Of a stretch of DNA of 40,644 bases, positions 28,601 to 35,259 are shown piece after piece (positions within the stretch are counted from its first letter, which is position 1; each line of letters starts with the position of its first letter). Where the stretch lies: positions 1 through 40,644 of the IMG/VR virus record IMGVR_UViG_3300037755_001389; one strand, written 5' to 3'. The translations under genes were made by a program, and so were the position numbers. This stretch comes from a virus (taxonomy: Duplodnaviria > Caudoviricetes). The notes under the pieces were generated by a model. It did not search any database. It was not told the DNA's origin and worked only from the letters and a program-made list of their open reading frames with translations.

Positions 28601-30766
28601 CTGACCGACGAGCTGCTCGCCAAACCGCACCTTCATCCGTACATGCAGGCGTTCGGCCTGAGCAACATCGTCGAGATGATCGCGCTGCGTCGCACCAAAC
28701 CGGGCGCCTACCTGCGGCGACTGTACGAACATTTCGAGCAGATGCGTGGCTACCGCACGCCCGAAGGGAACATGGTTCGTAACATCGGACCGCGAATCCG
28801 CGGTGGGATGTTCAAGCACAAGCGGTCCGACGACGAGTTGTGGACGGTGCAGGTGGCGCCGGGGCGATTCAAACAATTCGCCGATCGCAACGACGCCCAG
28901 GCGCTTTGGGAAGAACTCATCAAGGCAAACGAAAAAAAGTACGGAGAGAGCGTCTACGATCGGTTCAAGATCATCGACCCGTTGGGAGAGGATGCGACCG
29001 AGCACCTGCCGCAGGTGACGGACGTTCGGGTGCTGATGGCCGAATCGCTCGTCCAGTTGGCCAGCAACATGCAAACGCTGGAGCTGTTCTATGCGATCGC
29101 CAACACGGTGGCGAAGACCGGCGAGGACATGGTTGGTCTACTCGGCGACGAGGCGGAAGGGCTCGACGAGGCGGAAGCGGCGCCCGAGGCGGACGATCCC
29201 GACATGCTCGCCATGACGGCGGCCGAGATGGTTGATGCGGTCGGCGGCGACCTGCGGCGAGCCATGGGCGCCCGCCTCCGGGAACGTGCCGAGAGCCTGG
29301 GATACGTGCCGCTCTCGGACACGATCACGCTGGGGCCGCTGGCGGGCATGTTCGTTCCCAAGCCCGTCGCCGACAACATCATGGAGGTGGCTCGCGTTAA
29401 AAGCGGCGTTCTGCACGAGCTGTACGCCGGCTACATGTATGCGTTCAAGTCCTCGAAAGTGCTGTACAACTTGCCGACGTGGATGCGCAACGCGGAGGGG
29501 ATGCTTTTCCTGTGGGCCCTGGACGGGCTGAGCACCACGAAATGGCTGCCGGCGGCGGCGAGCCACATGCGAGAGCGTAGTTCGCAGTGGAAATCTCTGG
29601 TGAAGGAGCATGAGCTGCTCGTCTCGTGGCAGCGGGAGGATTTGCAGACGCTGGAGGAAATGCTGGCCGGGAACAAGACGCTCGCGGCGCTCACCAAGTT
29701 TGGCGCACATCTCGTCGCCGCGAACCGGAAAATCGGCGACTGGTACAATTTTCTGGACGAGGCGTCGAAGATGGCGTCGTACCTGCGAAACACCACGCCC
29801 GTGAGCGGGGGCGGTCGCGGGATGAGCCACGACGAGGCCCTGCAACACCTCTGGATGTACACCAATTACGGGCGCCTGGGGGGCTGGGCGGCGAAGCTGA
29901 AACGGGAGTGGTACGGTGCCCCGTTCGTGTCGTTCACTGACAACCTCATTAAGATCAATCTGCGTGCGTCGCGGAATCGGCCCGGGCGGCTGTTTGCCCT
30001 GTGGGCCCTGCCCGGGCTGCTGTCGATGGCGGCTCGGATCATTCTCGGCATCGACGACGAGGAGGAGGAGTTATTGAACCAATCGCTCAATCGCATTGGG
30101 CGAGGGGTTACCGGACCGTGGAACGCGGCGATCGACCGGTATTTTCAGCCGATCGTCCCCTGGCGGGATCGGCACGGGCGGCTTCAGACGCTCGACCTGC
30201 GATGGACGTTCCCGCTGGCGAACGATTTTCGGGTTCAGACGGGTCCGGGCGGCATCGGGATTCCGTTTGTTTTTGCCATGCCCCACGTGTCCGCGGCCCT
30301 TGAGCTGCGATACAACGTGGACGAGTGGACCGGGAAACCCATCTACGCGGACTGGAAAACGGACGGCGAAAATCTGGCAGGCATCCTCGCGCACGTCTGG
30401 CGTAGCACGGTACCGCTGCCGACAATCTTGACGTCCGGCGTGGAAAGATTGTATAAGTCGGCTACTGGACAGAGCGGGCAACCCCTGGTAAGTGTTGTCG
30501 TCAAGGAGCTGCTCGGCATCAGCATTCGCTCTCCGCGAATCACGCGCGAGGACGCGTTTAAGCTCGCCAAGAAAAAATACGGAGAGGCGGGTGTGCGGGC
30601 GATGGAGGCGACGTTGCGGTATTACAACGACAAGTACCGGGCGGGCTGGGACAAGAAGATAAGGGCGGGCGGCGTTGTGTCCGGTGCGCTCCGTTCGGCC
30701 CGGAACACCGAGCGCCGTGAGCGGCGCCGTGGAACGGACGCCGGACGTCCCGCCTGGATGGATTGA
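19610..30766 (+). CDS. giant polyvalent virion protein with DarB-like N6-adenine DNA methyltransferase (~22960-23830), SF2/SNF2-like helicase (~25380-27250) and helical LPD-type C-terminus
   Basis: AFYTP, VLEPSMGVGHF, GNVPFG, HDYFF, GGVLAFITS; Walker A GVGGGKT (~25453), DESQ (25943-25954), ATGTP, motif VI QMDGRSIRGGN; ATG 2 nt after the upstream stop. Confidence 0.9.
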   Translation: MPDKYDALVDSILSSKSETDGGDDENYDALVAELLGNHSASDNDPAGDDENYDALVSELLGERGGARNTPTTEPPPFSYQPSWPAGSYPESGESVDPPPVRPRVTFSESPLDRMETLTEQRARESVDRRWMAQEELRNRSQLRAARTEIEHSPPELMPDGTERAPARMGVNTILQEPDPGNVEILRAMREDWFQRVELRRQQEELEIQKKKGGTYDYGPGGMEMRAAPPKTSTSLWDQLAAGVRYRAQLYPYAAWRKISGVDELIDAAVETETEFRIEHGIYSQNQRSHRRYLEDDVRRELLAGEPMVSPDGAEKQGYVIATLSALDPEIVPEAKGIYQKMARFGGELAPFIAELAVTKKAIRPLTRPITNRMVRPKPTTPGLAARGGGTAAGSVDMAELRAGLRAGHAAEDLAAVGTIAAAQGEDPLLAAGMFGPIAATGLAATPAGRYAAQTAVFSGLAATHGDKDDVLIEGFFGPLVFSSKYVAAWAARRYRAAGLREAMPEGSPVRRAMDRWEEMGREGKSGSDPEVTAMARYIHDIAMDVYDPATSKKYNYAERKAVKSWLEDHRIERVYDLDTETLTEHVTKPGEKAPWKTGDVIDVEATAVPGAKERPRPPESTIPTQAAKGKPAPSVKQDPAAPRKPGPKVSPSYMTPQEAAMEAQRPVGGPGATKPPSTPLKPPGPSAQGDAAPATTPTQTPTGKPVTVESGAMQFGPTDDPAHGETVRKIPVGKLIRETANFEGMIPENAADFVEEVENLFRELGAQPDRHNLAHLNRGELTAMKSIAERYKMRRTRGSLLGRISDELSYRGGTSQGQASPPTAPSTEGAATGREEAAIKPGSPEAAGLQNARQSVNAAWIDDQLALNKLVTVDVDSTTGEQTPIVAFPNTPDGVERATLFVVENNERRADGKQYRLLRPGDSGAVAPNSLPETPPAPEEPGIIEEGEPHVETPVQEPEGSEGGSGKRPDGVGQRDAPEDTPDGGVGEGGVGLQRPTVPSMAQGGASGSVRGEEGGGRPLPGSVPGPGTGASGTGPIVGGGGSVSGGAGAGPEQLPVQLPGPPGGGAGGGVRGPGHERGGTGGRIRGGAEPAASERRKPAGGEPAGDEPRPGASGTSDYIIPVESAAELFGGSKRQRIIRNIEAIKVLQSLAAEHRPATAGEKRILAGFTGWGALSEVFEVRWKYEELNDLKDELSALLEGSPASAEGSPGSSWAEARRSTTNAFYTPPEIIRGVYDVLNQMGFRSGKVLEPSMGVGHFYGFMPPALMARTQRFGVERDAISGAVAAAIYSNSKIFVKGFEQAPLPGGYFDVAVGNVPFGNIPVVDHRYPREVTRRVHDYFFMRTVDLLRPGGVLAFITSHGTMDKVDSSMRRRLHRDAAFLGAIRFNRESLPGTKVIADLIFLQKRRSGAAVAVEHEWLESPALESLGPSKATGRPYYVNEYFQTHPEMVIGRHAAPPSGGLRGGFEYTVEPGEASADAFAQAIELLSERLAGSYLAQVGPQQPTTIPEADFIPSPDDLPGGALFQKGGRIYASGGTGKTAEIADVKILKSKGSGPALRKVRSVLEIRDTLLLLYRASRERDNDAELLRLQKQLNEVYDGFARRERTSHAGQQVPGSLHHRSILTLFEDDPYTLPIVQAIEDYDQTTKIASKGPVFKRRVVPLKPEERVATDPADALAITIDERGWPDIERVAEILGSPPAETLRAMIERGLVFESPSGEPVTSDEYLSGNVRQKLRDAEAAAEHEPERFAPNVEALRAIQPEDFPPSRIFPKLGAPWILPATMGEFAEHLLGQARTVTYAAGKWAVGREAGHRVSFGTTVAGSRRWGTENYDAGKILEDGLNLRHPVVKVGSGDDRVVDAQQTIEAKGKLEEIQEEFTRWLWSDATRSEFYARKFNDEHNNTVKRHWRAPKQMSLPGLSSDITPFSYQMDGAYRGIHGTEPLLLDTGVGGGKTLTMAMIAEGVMRLGIARKVFLAVQNSTLSQIVSNIRGYYPGMPVTGLTSRDVKAENIQRSMARIAAAERGLFVVPHSVLPAIPLGEATLTEWYTRELDQMRSHLALLHETRGTKASIKQMETRIETLSVRLRQKIDAVRRSKVLTWEEIGADWLMYDESQGIKNLQYSTTMVDVAGMGNPGGSARALDAFIKGGYVLKQQGGRGVLWATGTPLSNSMSELYTLFRNLAPRKFELLGMNHFDDFARMFVLPTEKFEPAPAGGGYKKRTRLTDWVNVNPLLTMYHDIAHRTPAEEVARVRRERGAAQEVPLVARNSDGDREYEVVALPENEVHAMFIAEAAFRTRAVRGSPPEEGADNVMVIIKDEQLAAIDVRLLDSPKRRFVSDAIKAKARGFVDPAGKLSTLAKMIVERWRRDGSVTLERGGDRHEGGLVQAVFINLGTPAQGTPAQGTNALDVYGVLINDLVAAGIPRDQIATIYDADHANPERANDLKQKLFARVNSGQVRVFMGSIEKMGVGVNIQRLLRTSYQLDPTYRPSDLTQMDGRSIRGGNLNAEVEMFRFVTENSSDEFMYSLISKKARSFNNFLNAELGEVDEFTDTDDEARAFEMAMAKASGNPLMLELNSAEETLRNLRVREAAHRRGQDDVRLRASENLRKQSVNQKLIALWQAIDTQIYAPAKGVTPRTCVVDGATFTEPGKAGAAIIAKVGSGHGTFNVGTPYVSVGTINGVPFSGRAFEYHEVGGGGGDKVQIQLTPDQRTIHRITEAAGLHEAMGEVAEIVLRDRSVSPQSAAALANKVFALLDQPLVEIDRASRNLTFLEKEGAAAKELLETPFTRDKELAAAKLAVADIQEKLAALAAPAVGGGGEPSDMPPGFVEAHRPERMQQRNLTADQHAWLREHGPDKPAFGMGGLFSVPDLRGVWQRHWDDIAERLQNLPPGLGKRVMDAVGTGVWGGRWGLEEDTWRAFERVKGTSGLARDTAARISEAFDDRVKALTSAFGGTPEVRASANRDLEDAIRGKLDPARLDPAIRRVYEAYVTEVNALTDELLAKPHLHPYMQAFGLSNIVEMIALRRTKPGAYLRRLYEHFEQMRGYRTPEGNMVRNIGPRIRGGMFKHKRSDDELWTVQVAPGRFKQFADRNDAQALWEELIKANEKKYGESVYDRFKIIDPLGEDATEHLPQVTDVRVLMAESLVQLASNMQTLELFYAIANTVAKTGEDMVGLLGDEAEGLDEAEAAPEADDPDMLAMTAAEMVDAVGGDLRRAMGARLRERAESLGYVPLSDTITLGPLAGMFVPKPVADNIMEVARVKSGVLHELYAGYMYAFKSSKVLYNLPTWMRNAEGMLFLWALDGLSTTKWLPAAASHMRERSSQWKSLVKEHELLVSWQREDLQTLEEMLAGNKTLAALTKFGAHLVAANRKIGDWYNFLDEASKMASYLRNTTPVSGGGRGMSHDEALQHLWMYTNYGRLGGWAAKLKREWYGAPFVSFTDNLIKINLRASRNRPGRLFALWALPGLLSMAARIILGIDDEEEELLNQSLNRIGRGVTGPWNAAIDRYFQPIVPWRDRHGRLQTLDLRWTFPLANDFRVQTGPGGIGIPFVFAMPHVSAALELRYNVDEWTGKPIYADWKTDGENLAGILAHVWRSTVPLPTILTSGVERLYKSATGQSGQPLVSVVVKELLGISIRSPRITREDAFKLAKKKYGEAGVRAMEATLRYYNDKYRAGWDKKIRAGGVVSGALRSARNTERRERRRGTDAGRPAWMD
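19672..19792 (+). repeat. 75-bp-period coding repeat GDDENYDALV(A/S)ELLG x2, plus a degenerate N-terminal copy
   Basis: GGCGACGACGAGAACTACGACGC occurs twice. Confidence 0.85.
22435..22452 (+). promoter_or_regulatory. intragenic -10 box and Shine-Dalgarno for the nested gene
   Basis: TATAAT at 22435-22440; AGGTGA at 22447-22452, 5 nt before ATG 22458; no clear -35. Confidence 0.55.
22458..23036 (+). CDS. nested (+1 frame) protein with TnpV-like helical core and acidic tail
   Basis: own RBS and -10; WLKEERPGLY..KKEAGDL...ARAELGRL..GV...EARELALNSYL; GC3-rich codons in this frame while the host frame turns Gly/Pro low-complexity. Confidence 0.75.
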   Translation: MSKRQFKSPKEVKEDLENDPTAWVNGMPPKTLPTEELAKAALGFSAQQCLQWLKEERPGLYAAKKEAGDLYRGLYQDQELARAELGRLSEEGVPFLEARELALNSYLFNYPDPPEEEQGEGYEDQGTNAVELEDEYEEEQSPPRPNDENPPAVSPRATSLDPAPAEPATTSFPSKAPPNFSGAANDNASSET

Positions 30767-30777
30767 CGGGGGCCTGG

Positions 30778-31158
30778 ATGACAAGGTTCGGGCAGGATCT
30801 GATCGAGTTTATCAGCGAGTCGGGCCTGATCGGGGTCGAGGCCTCCGAGGAGGGCTCGTTGGTCGTGCGCTGGTCGCCGCGGGCGGCCGGAGAGCTTGAC
30901 ACGGCGCTCGCACGACATCTGCGGCATACCCTGTCGCGGATCGGCGAGGCGGGGCAGTGCAGTCGATGCGGAGAAAGCGTGTACTTATGTCGCAGCATTA
31001 TGGGCGGAGGGGTCATGCCGGTAGATACGTTTGGGCGATGGCATTGGTCGCTTTGTGCGGGCTCGCGTGGCTCGCCGCCGCCCTATGGGGGTGTTCAACG
31101 CTGTCCCCCGACGTTGACCAGTCTGCCAATTCCCGAGTCGCCGCCAGACCCGAGTTAG
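30778..31158 (+). CDS. hypothetical protein with Cys/His zinc-ribbon-like C-terminus
   Basis: CSRCGE...HWSLC. Confidence 0.55.
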   Translation: MTRFGQDLIEFISESGLIGVEASEEGSLVVRWSPRAAGELDTALARHLRHTLSRIGEAGQCSRCGESVYLCRSIMGGGVMPVDTFGRWHWSLCAGSRGSPPPYGGVQRCPPTLTSLPIPESPPDPS

Positions 31159-31463
31159 TGACGACCGCCGGGGGCGACGTCACGCAATACGTCCTCACGA
31201 TGGCATCGGCTCGGACCGGGTTCGAGGCGACCGCACTTTTGCTGGTTTGGATGATCTGGCGGCAGTATCGGCGTTGGCGCCAGGCTACCCACCGTTGCGT
31301 TGGCGCGATCGAGAAATGGGCGGATCCGCTTGTTCGTAGCGCCATTGAAAAGGAGGGTGTCCGTATAGCCCATCCGCGAGAGAGCGTGCCGGGAGGGGTG
31401 GTGCGAGACGGGGTCGAGCGAGCGATTCGCGTCGCCATGAAAAACGTCAAGGATGTTGGATAG
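30987..31463 (+). CDS. predicted lipoprotein with a second hydrophobic segment (start 30987 or 31038)
   Basis: LAAALWGC lipobox-like; ATALLLVWMIW followed by RQYRRWR. Confidence 0.55.
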   Translation: MSQHYGRRGHAGRYVWAMALVALCGLAWLAAALWGCSTLSPDVDQSANSRVAARPELVTTAGGDVTQYVLTMASARTGFEATALLLVWMIWRQYRRWRQATHRCVGAIEKWADPLVRSAIEKEGVRIAHPRESVPGGVVRDGVERAIRVAMKNVKDVG

Positions 31464-31493
31464 TCCCTTTTGGAAACTGTGATGGAGATTACT

Positions 31494-31886
31494 ATGAATT
31501 TGTCGAGAGAACAGGCGGAAGCGTGGCTTATTCGGCTGACGCAGAATTTCGTGCAAGGGGTTGCTAAGCTTGAGCCGTTTCTGCTCGCCGCACCCGAGCC
31601 GATCGTGCCGCCGCCCCCCACTACCGCGTCGGTGTCGATGACATTTCCAGAACCCGTCACCGCGGTGCGGTGCCGCGTGACCGGCGGTGGAACGATGACG
31701 TGTCACACGGCCACGGGCCTGGCCCTCGTTGCCAATGAGCTGGCGCACGCCACAGAAGTTGGATGGCTGGAGTTGAGCGTCCGCAAATTTGATGCGGACG
31801 GGGTGGACGTCTCGGTGCCGCGGCTGATCGACGCGGTGTTTACAACCGAGACAGGTGGCACGTTTGACCAGTTGACTACGACCTAG
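31494..31886 (+). CDS. hypothetical protein
   Basis: GGAG RBS. Confidence 0.6.
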   Translation: MNLSREQAEAWLIRLTQNFVQGVAKLEPFLLAAPEPIVPPPPTTASVSMTFPEPVTAVRCRVTGGGTMTCHTATGLALVANELAHATEVGWLELSVRKFDADGVDVSVPRLIDAVFTTETGGTFDQLTTT

Positions 31887-31925
31887 TCGCGTGCGGAAGC
31901 GACGAATCTGACGAAGGGATCTAGC

Positions 31926-32456
31926 ATGACTGAGCAGGAACAGACACAGGCCGCCGGCGGCGCGATGTTGAGCGAATCCGACATCGACCGGGTGGCGGAA
32001 ATTTGTCATGAGGCGAACTTTGCAGTGTGCAGGGTTCAAGGGGAGTATCCGCCTCCGGTCCATTGGGATGCGGCGGCGGCGGACTGGCAGCGTGGCTCGG
32101 CGCGTGCCGCTGTGCGATATTACATGGAACACGCCCCGATGACCGCGGACGAGATGCACGAACAATGGATGCGACACAAACTAGAAGATGGATGGCGGTT
32201 CGGGCGCGTCAAGGATGAGAAAAAAAAAGAGCACCCATGCCTGCTGCCACGCTGTTATCTGCCGCCGGAACAGAGGCTGAAGGATGACATTTTCGTGGCA
32301 ATCTGCGAGGCGTATCGGGCCGCGCAGGTAGAGCACACAGCCACGTCTGACCCGAATGCGGACGAGGCAGCACCACTTCTCGGCGTTCCACACGACGTGT
32401 TAGCCGGGTCAATGCAACGTAATAAGATATTATCGGACGTCAAAACGGCGGATTAA
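31926..32456 (+). CDS. RyR-domain protein
   Basis: HEQWMRHKLEDGWRFGRVKDEKKKEHPCLLP..LPPEQRLKD matches the ryanodine-receptor RyR repeat consensus. Confidence 0.85.
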   Translation: MTEQEQTQAAGGAMLSESDIDRVAEICHEANFAVCRVQGEYPPPVHWDAAAADWQRGSARAAVRYYMEHAPMTADEMHEQWMRHKLEDGWRFGRVKDEKKKEHPCLLPRCYLPPEQRLKDDIFVAICEAYRAAQVEHTATSDPNADEAAPLLGVPHDVLAGSMQRNKILSDVKTAD

Positions 32457-32459
32457 GTC

Positions 32460-32766
32460 AGGGAAAATCCTCAGGAGAGAGGGAGTCAGAATGTCTTAGA
32501 GGGAGTGATTGAAATGTCAGAAAGTGATAGTCAATTCGAGCGGATGCGCAAATACTTGGTCGATGTGTCGGTGTGGGAGAAGCGGGAGAAGCGTTGGCTG
32601 GACGAAAAAGAACTTTTGGCGCACGCATGTCGTGACGCGATCGCGTATATCGGCATAGACACGTCGGAGGCAGCCGAGATATTGCGGACGACGCTCCAGA
32701 GTGCGCTCGATGGAAAGCGGTCGTGACAAAGTTTTTCCTGGAACGTAGGGAAAATCCTCAGGAGAG
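32460..32766 (+). repeat. 20-bp direct repeats flanking one gene (32460-32479 and 32747-32766)
   Basis: AGGGAAAATCCTCAGGAGAG twice. Confidence 0.9.
32514..32726 (+). CDS. hypothetical helical protein
   Basis: GGGAG RBS 8 nt upstream of ATG. Confidence 0.65.
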   Translation: MSESDSQFERMRKYLVDVSVWEKREKRWLDEKELLAHACRDAIAYIGIDTSEAAEILRTTLQSALDGKRS

Positions 32767-32775
32767 TTGATAGCC

Positions 32776-33570
32776 ATGGACGAACGCTTGGAATACGACC
32801 GCGTGACGCAGGCGTTGCGCGACTGTCGTAAGTTTCTGTACGGGAACAAAACCATGCTCCGGGAATGTCTCGCAGAATTCCCGGAGCTGGTGTGGGACGG
32901 GCTGTTGTGCAAATGTGATGGCGACGAGATCCCGCTGGAGGTTCATTATCGCTGCGCGCAGCTTGCCGTATTCAACCTGTACGGTCCGCGTGAACAGCAG
33001 AACTATTCCGGGGCACTGGAGCCACTGAACCCAGCGATGCACGCCGAACTGGTCACGGGGCGGGCTCGCCGGGCGCTCATGGCCGGGTGGAACGGCGTGC
33101 TGTTCGACGCAGAAATGTATGGGACAGTCGAGCACCATTTGGCCCCGGACCTGTTGACGGGCGAACAGTGTCGGTCGCTCAGCAGTATGTGGGCCGCGAC
33201 CGCGAAAACACTGGTCGAGCACGTGGCGGGCGTCACGTTGGGCGGCACCTCATTTATTCGGTCGGAACCGCATCCGGTCTACGATGCGATCGTTCGCGGC
33301 GTGTCGTCAGTGATACCGTGGACGGAGCTGACCCAGGCCACGCACGCCGGGGGACATAACGACCTGGTCGATGCGATGACGGCTCGGTACTGGGGCGTCG
33401 AGTGGATCGGTGCGGTTCTGGTACGTCACGCGACGGTCGCGACGTGGTTCTTCGATCCGGCTCGGTGGCCGCGAGGCTCGAAATGGTGTGCCAACAACGC
33501 GGCCGATCTGATCGCGCGAGAGGCGTCGGAACCCGGTTTCACTGCGGCGATGTTTGGGATTGGCAACTGA
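32776..33570 (+). CDS. hypothetical protein, possible glycoside-hydrolase-like TIM-barrel fragment
   Basis: GWNGVLFDAEMY resembles the GxxGxxxDxE catalytic strand; weak. Confidence 0.5.
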   Translation: MDERLEYDRVTQALRDCRKFLYGNKTMLRECLAEFPELVWDGLLCKCDGDEIPLEVHYRCAQLAVFNLYGPREQQNYSGALEPLNPAMHAELVTGRARRALMAGWNGVLFDAEMYGTVEHHLAPDLLTGEQCRSLSSMWAATAKTLVEHVAGVTLGGTSFIRSEPHPVYDAIVRGVSSVIPWTELTQATHAGGHNDLVDAMTARYWGVEWIGAVLVRHATVATWFFDPARWPRGSKWCANNAADLIAREASEPGFTAAMFGIGN

Positions 33571-33572
33571 CG

Positions 33573-34028
33573 ATGCAGATAGCCAACGAACATCTTCCTC
33601 CGGCCGTTGACGAGATACTGGGGCCCGCCTGGGGGCTGATCGGCGAACTGGACGCGGCGATTGCGTCGTCCGACCGGCCCAAACGCGTGAACGTCATGGT
33701 CCCACGTGACACCGTTTTGCGTGTGCAGCAGCAACTGGCGCTCGACGCTGTGTGTCTCCGGTCTACCAATGTTCGCCTCGACGTGGAGGCGGCCACGACG
33801 AGGCAATTGCTGGGGAGGGTGGAAGATCTGAGGATGATGATCTCTGCCGGATTAGAGTCTGCTGCCGGATTAGAGTCTGCTGCCGGATTAGAGTCTGCTG
33901 CCGGATTACGGCCTACGGTTCCGCCCCCGCATCGGCCTCCGCCAGCGAAACCCCCCAGCGAGATTCCGTCGGCGTCGCCCGCCCATCCCGATCTGCGGGC
34001 GGCGTTGGAGGAGATGGGCACGGATTAA
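33573..34028 (+). CDS. hypothetical coiled-coil protein with SAAGLE repeats and Pro-rich tail
   Basis: ATG 2 nt after the upstream stop. Confidence 0.6.
   Translation: MQIANEHLPPAVDEILGPAWGLIGELDAAIASSDRPKRVNVMVPRDTVLRVQQQLALDAVCLRSTNVRLDVEAATTRQLLGRVEDLRMMISAGLESAAGLESAAGLESAAGLRPTVPPPHRPPPAKPPSEIPSASPAHPDLRAALEEMGTD
33844..33908 (+). repeat. 18-bp tandem repeat, about 3.6 copies
   Basis: CTGCCGGATTAGAGTCTG at 33844, 33862, 33880 and partial at 33898. Confidence 0.95.
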
Positions 34029-34042
34029 TTGGGAGGTCGACG

Positions 34043-34294
34043 ATGAAATACACCACACAACCGACCGAAGCGTTTGAGTTTACCGCCGACTGTGTTTTTC
34101 CGGCCTGGTTCATTCTGGCCATACGCAGGCACGACGTTTTTTTTAACGCGGCGGACGGCCCAAACGTAGTGTGGATCGAAGGGCCGCCCCGATACCGCGT
34201 TGAGCTGGGTGACTTCGTGTTGCTATTGGGTCCCGGAAAGATGTGCAAGAAGTGCCCGAAAGAATTTTTGGAGGAGTTTTGCGAGGTAAAATAA
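34043..34294 (+). CDS. small phage protein, PGDYG-like family candidate
   Basis: GGAGG RBS; Y...P.EAFEF ... LGDFVL ... C.KEFLEEF.EV pattern. Confidence 0.6.
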   Translation: MKYTTQPTEAFEFTADCVFPAWFILAIRRHDVFFNAADGPNVVWIEGPPRYRVELGDFVLLLGPGKMCKKCPKEFLEEFCEVK

Positions 34295-34309
34295 CGGAAG
34301 GAATGACCG

Positions 34310-34588
34310 ATGCCGCGTGAGCAACGACCGAAGCTGGTGCCCATGAAGACCGTGCGGATCGAGGCGGAGACGATTTTCGAGGCGATATCCCAGCTTCGCA
34401 CATCGTTCGAGGGGGAAATGTTCCGTAGCCCACTGGACACGCGCCCACCGCCTCAGATTCAAATCGGATCGCTACTGTTGGCGATTGTGCAGATGATGGA
34501 TGAGCTGGCGAAGGTGGTGCAGCCCACCAAAGAGGCGCCGCCTCTGCCTTCTGATCCTCCTCCAGATGCGGAAAAGGTGCCCACATGA
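34310..34588 (+). CDS. hypothetical protein
   Basis: packed ORF with ATGA overlap downstream. Confidence 0.6.
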   Translation: MPREQRPKLVPMKTVRIEAETIFEAISQLRTSFEGEMFRSPLDTRPPPQIQIGSLLLAIVQMMDELAKVVQPTKEAPPLPSDPPPDAEKVPT

Positions 34589-34953
34589 CTGACGAATGCG
34601 CACGAGAGCGTACGGACTCGATCACGATTTCGGTCGACCTCAAAGGGTGGAATGTCATACAGCTAGAGATGGCGATCCACGTGTTGAAATCCGTCGCGCG
34701 AGACGAAGGCCGAACACGCAGTTGGGTCCGGACGATTAGGGTCTGCTCCACCGACTACGGGGAGGTGCAGGCGGATTATCGGAATCTAGGCAGATTCGTC
34801 GGAGACGAAATGCACCGGGAAACGGAGTTGCCACACCTGATGATGTTTGGGGCCAAGGTTTGTGTCGACGATTCGGTACCGCCCGGGCAGGCATTCGTTG
34901 ACTTCGCACGCGAACCTGTTCCCGGGGGCCGTCCGCCCGAACTGAACGATTGA
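34585..34953 (+). CDS. hypothetical protein
   Basis: ATGA overlap. Confidence 0.6.
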   Translation: MTDECARERTDSITISVDLKGWNVIQLEMAIHVLKSVARDEGRTRSWVRTIRVCSTDYGEVQADYRNLGRFVGDEMHRETELPHLMMFGAKVCVDDSVPPGQAFVDFAREPVPGGRPPELND

Positions 34954-34954
34954 C

Positions 34955-35251
34955 ATGACGACGAACATGGCGCCGGCAGCGGATTAAGGCGGGGGGTTGG
35001 TGCTCTCCCTGTTCCCGGGCATCGGGCTATTGGATCGGGCGTTCGAGGAGGCGGGGTTCTGCGTGGTTCGCGGGCGGCGGTACCCGCTGGCGGAGGCGTG
35101 CCGTTTGCAGGGGCTGCCCGAGGATTTTCTGTCGAATTCGCCGTTTCGTGCAGACGCCAAACTGCGGATGGTGGCCAACGGAGTCCCGTTGCCTATGGGT
35201 CGCGCCTTGGCGAACACCATACGCAGACGGTTTCCTGTGTTTTGGCTGTGA
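34955..35251 (+). pseudogene. internally deleted C5-cytosine DNA methyltransferase
   Basis: motif I VLSLFPGIG joined directly to motif IX/X (EACRLQGLPEDF...MVANGVPLPMGRALA); no catalytic PC; in-frame TAA at 34985 after ATG 34955. Confidence 0.8.
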
Positions 35252-35259
35252 AACGCTGT

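Noticed and set aside
33844-33908. Possible CRISPR array
   Set aside because: No spacers; simple in-frame tandem repeat; no cas genes
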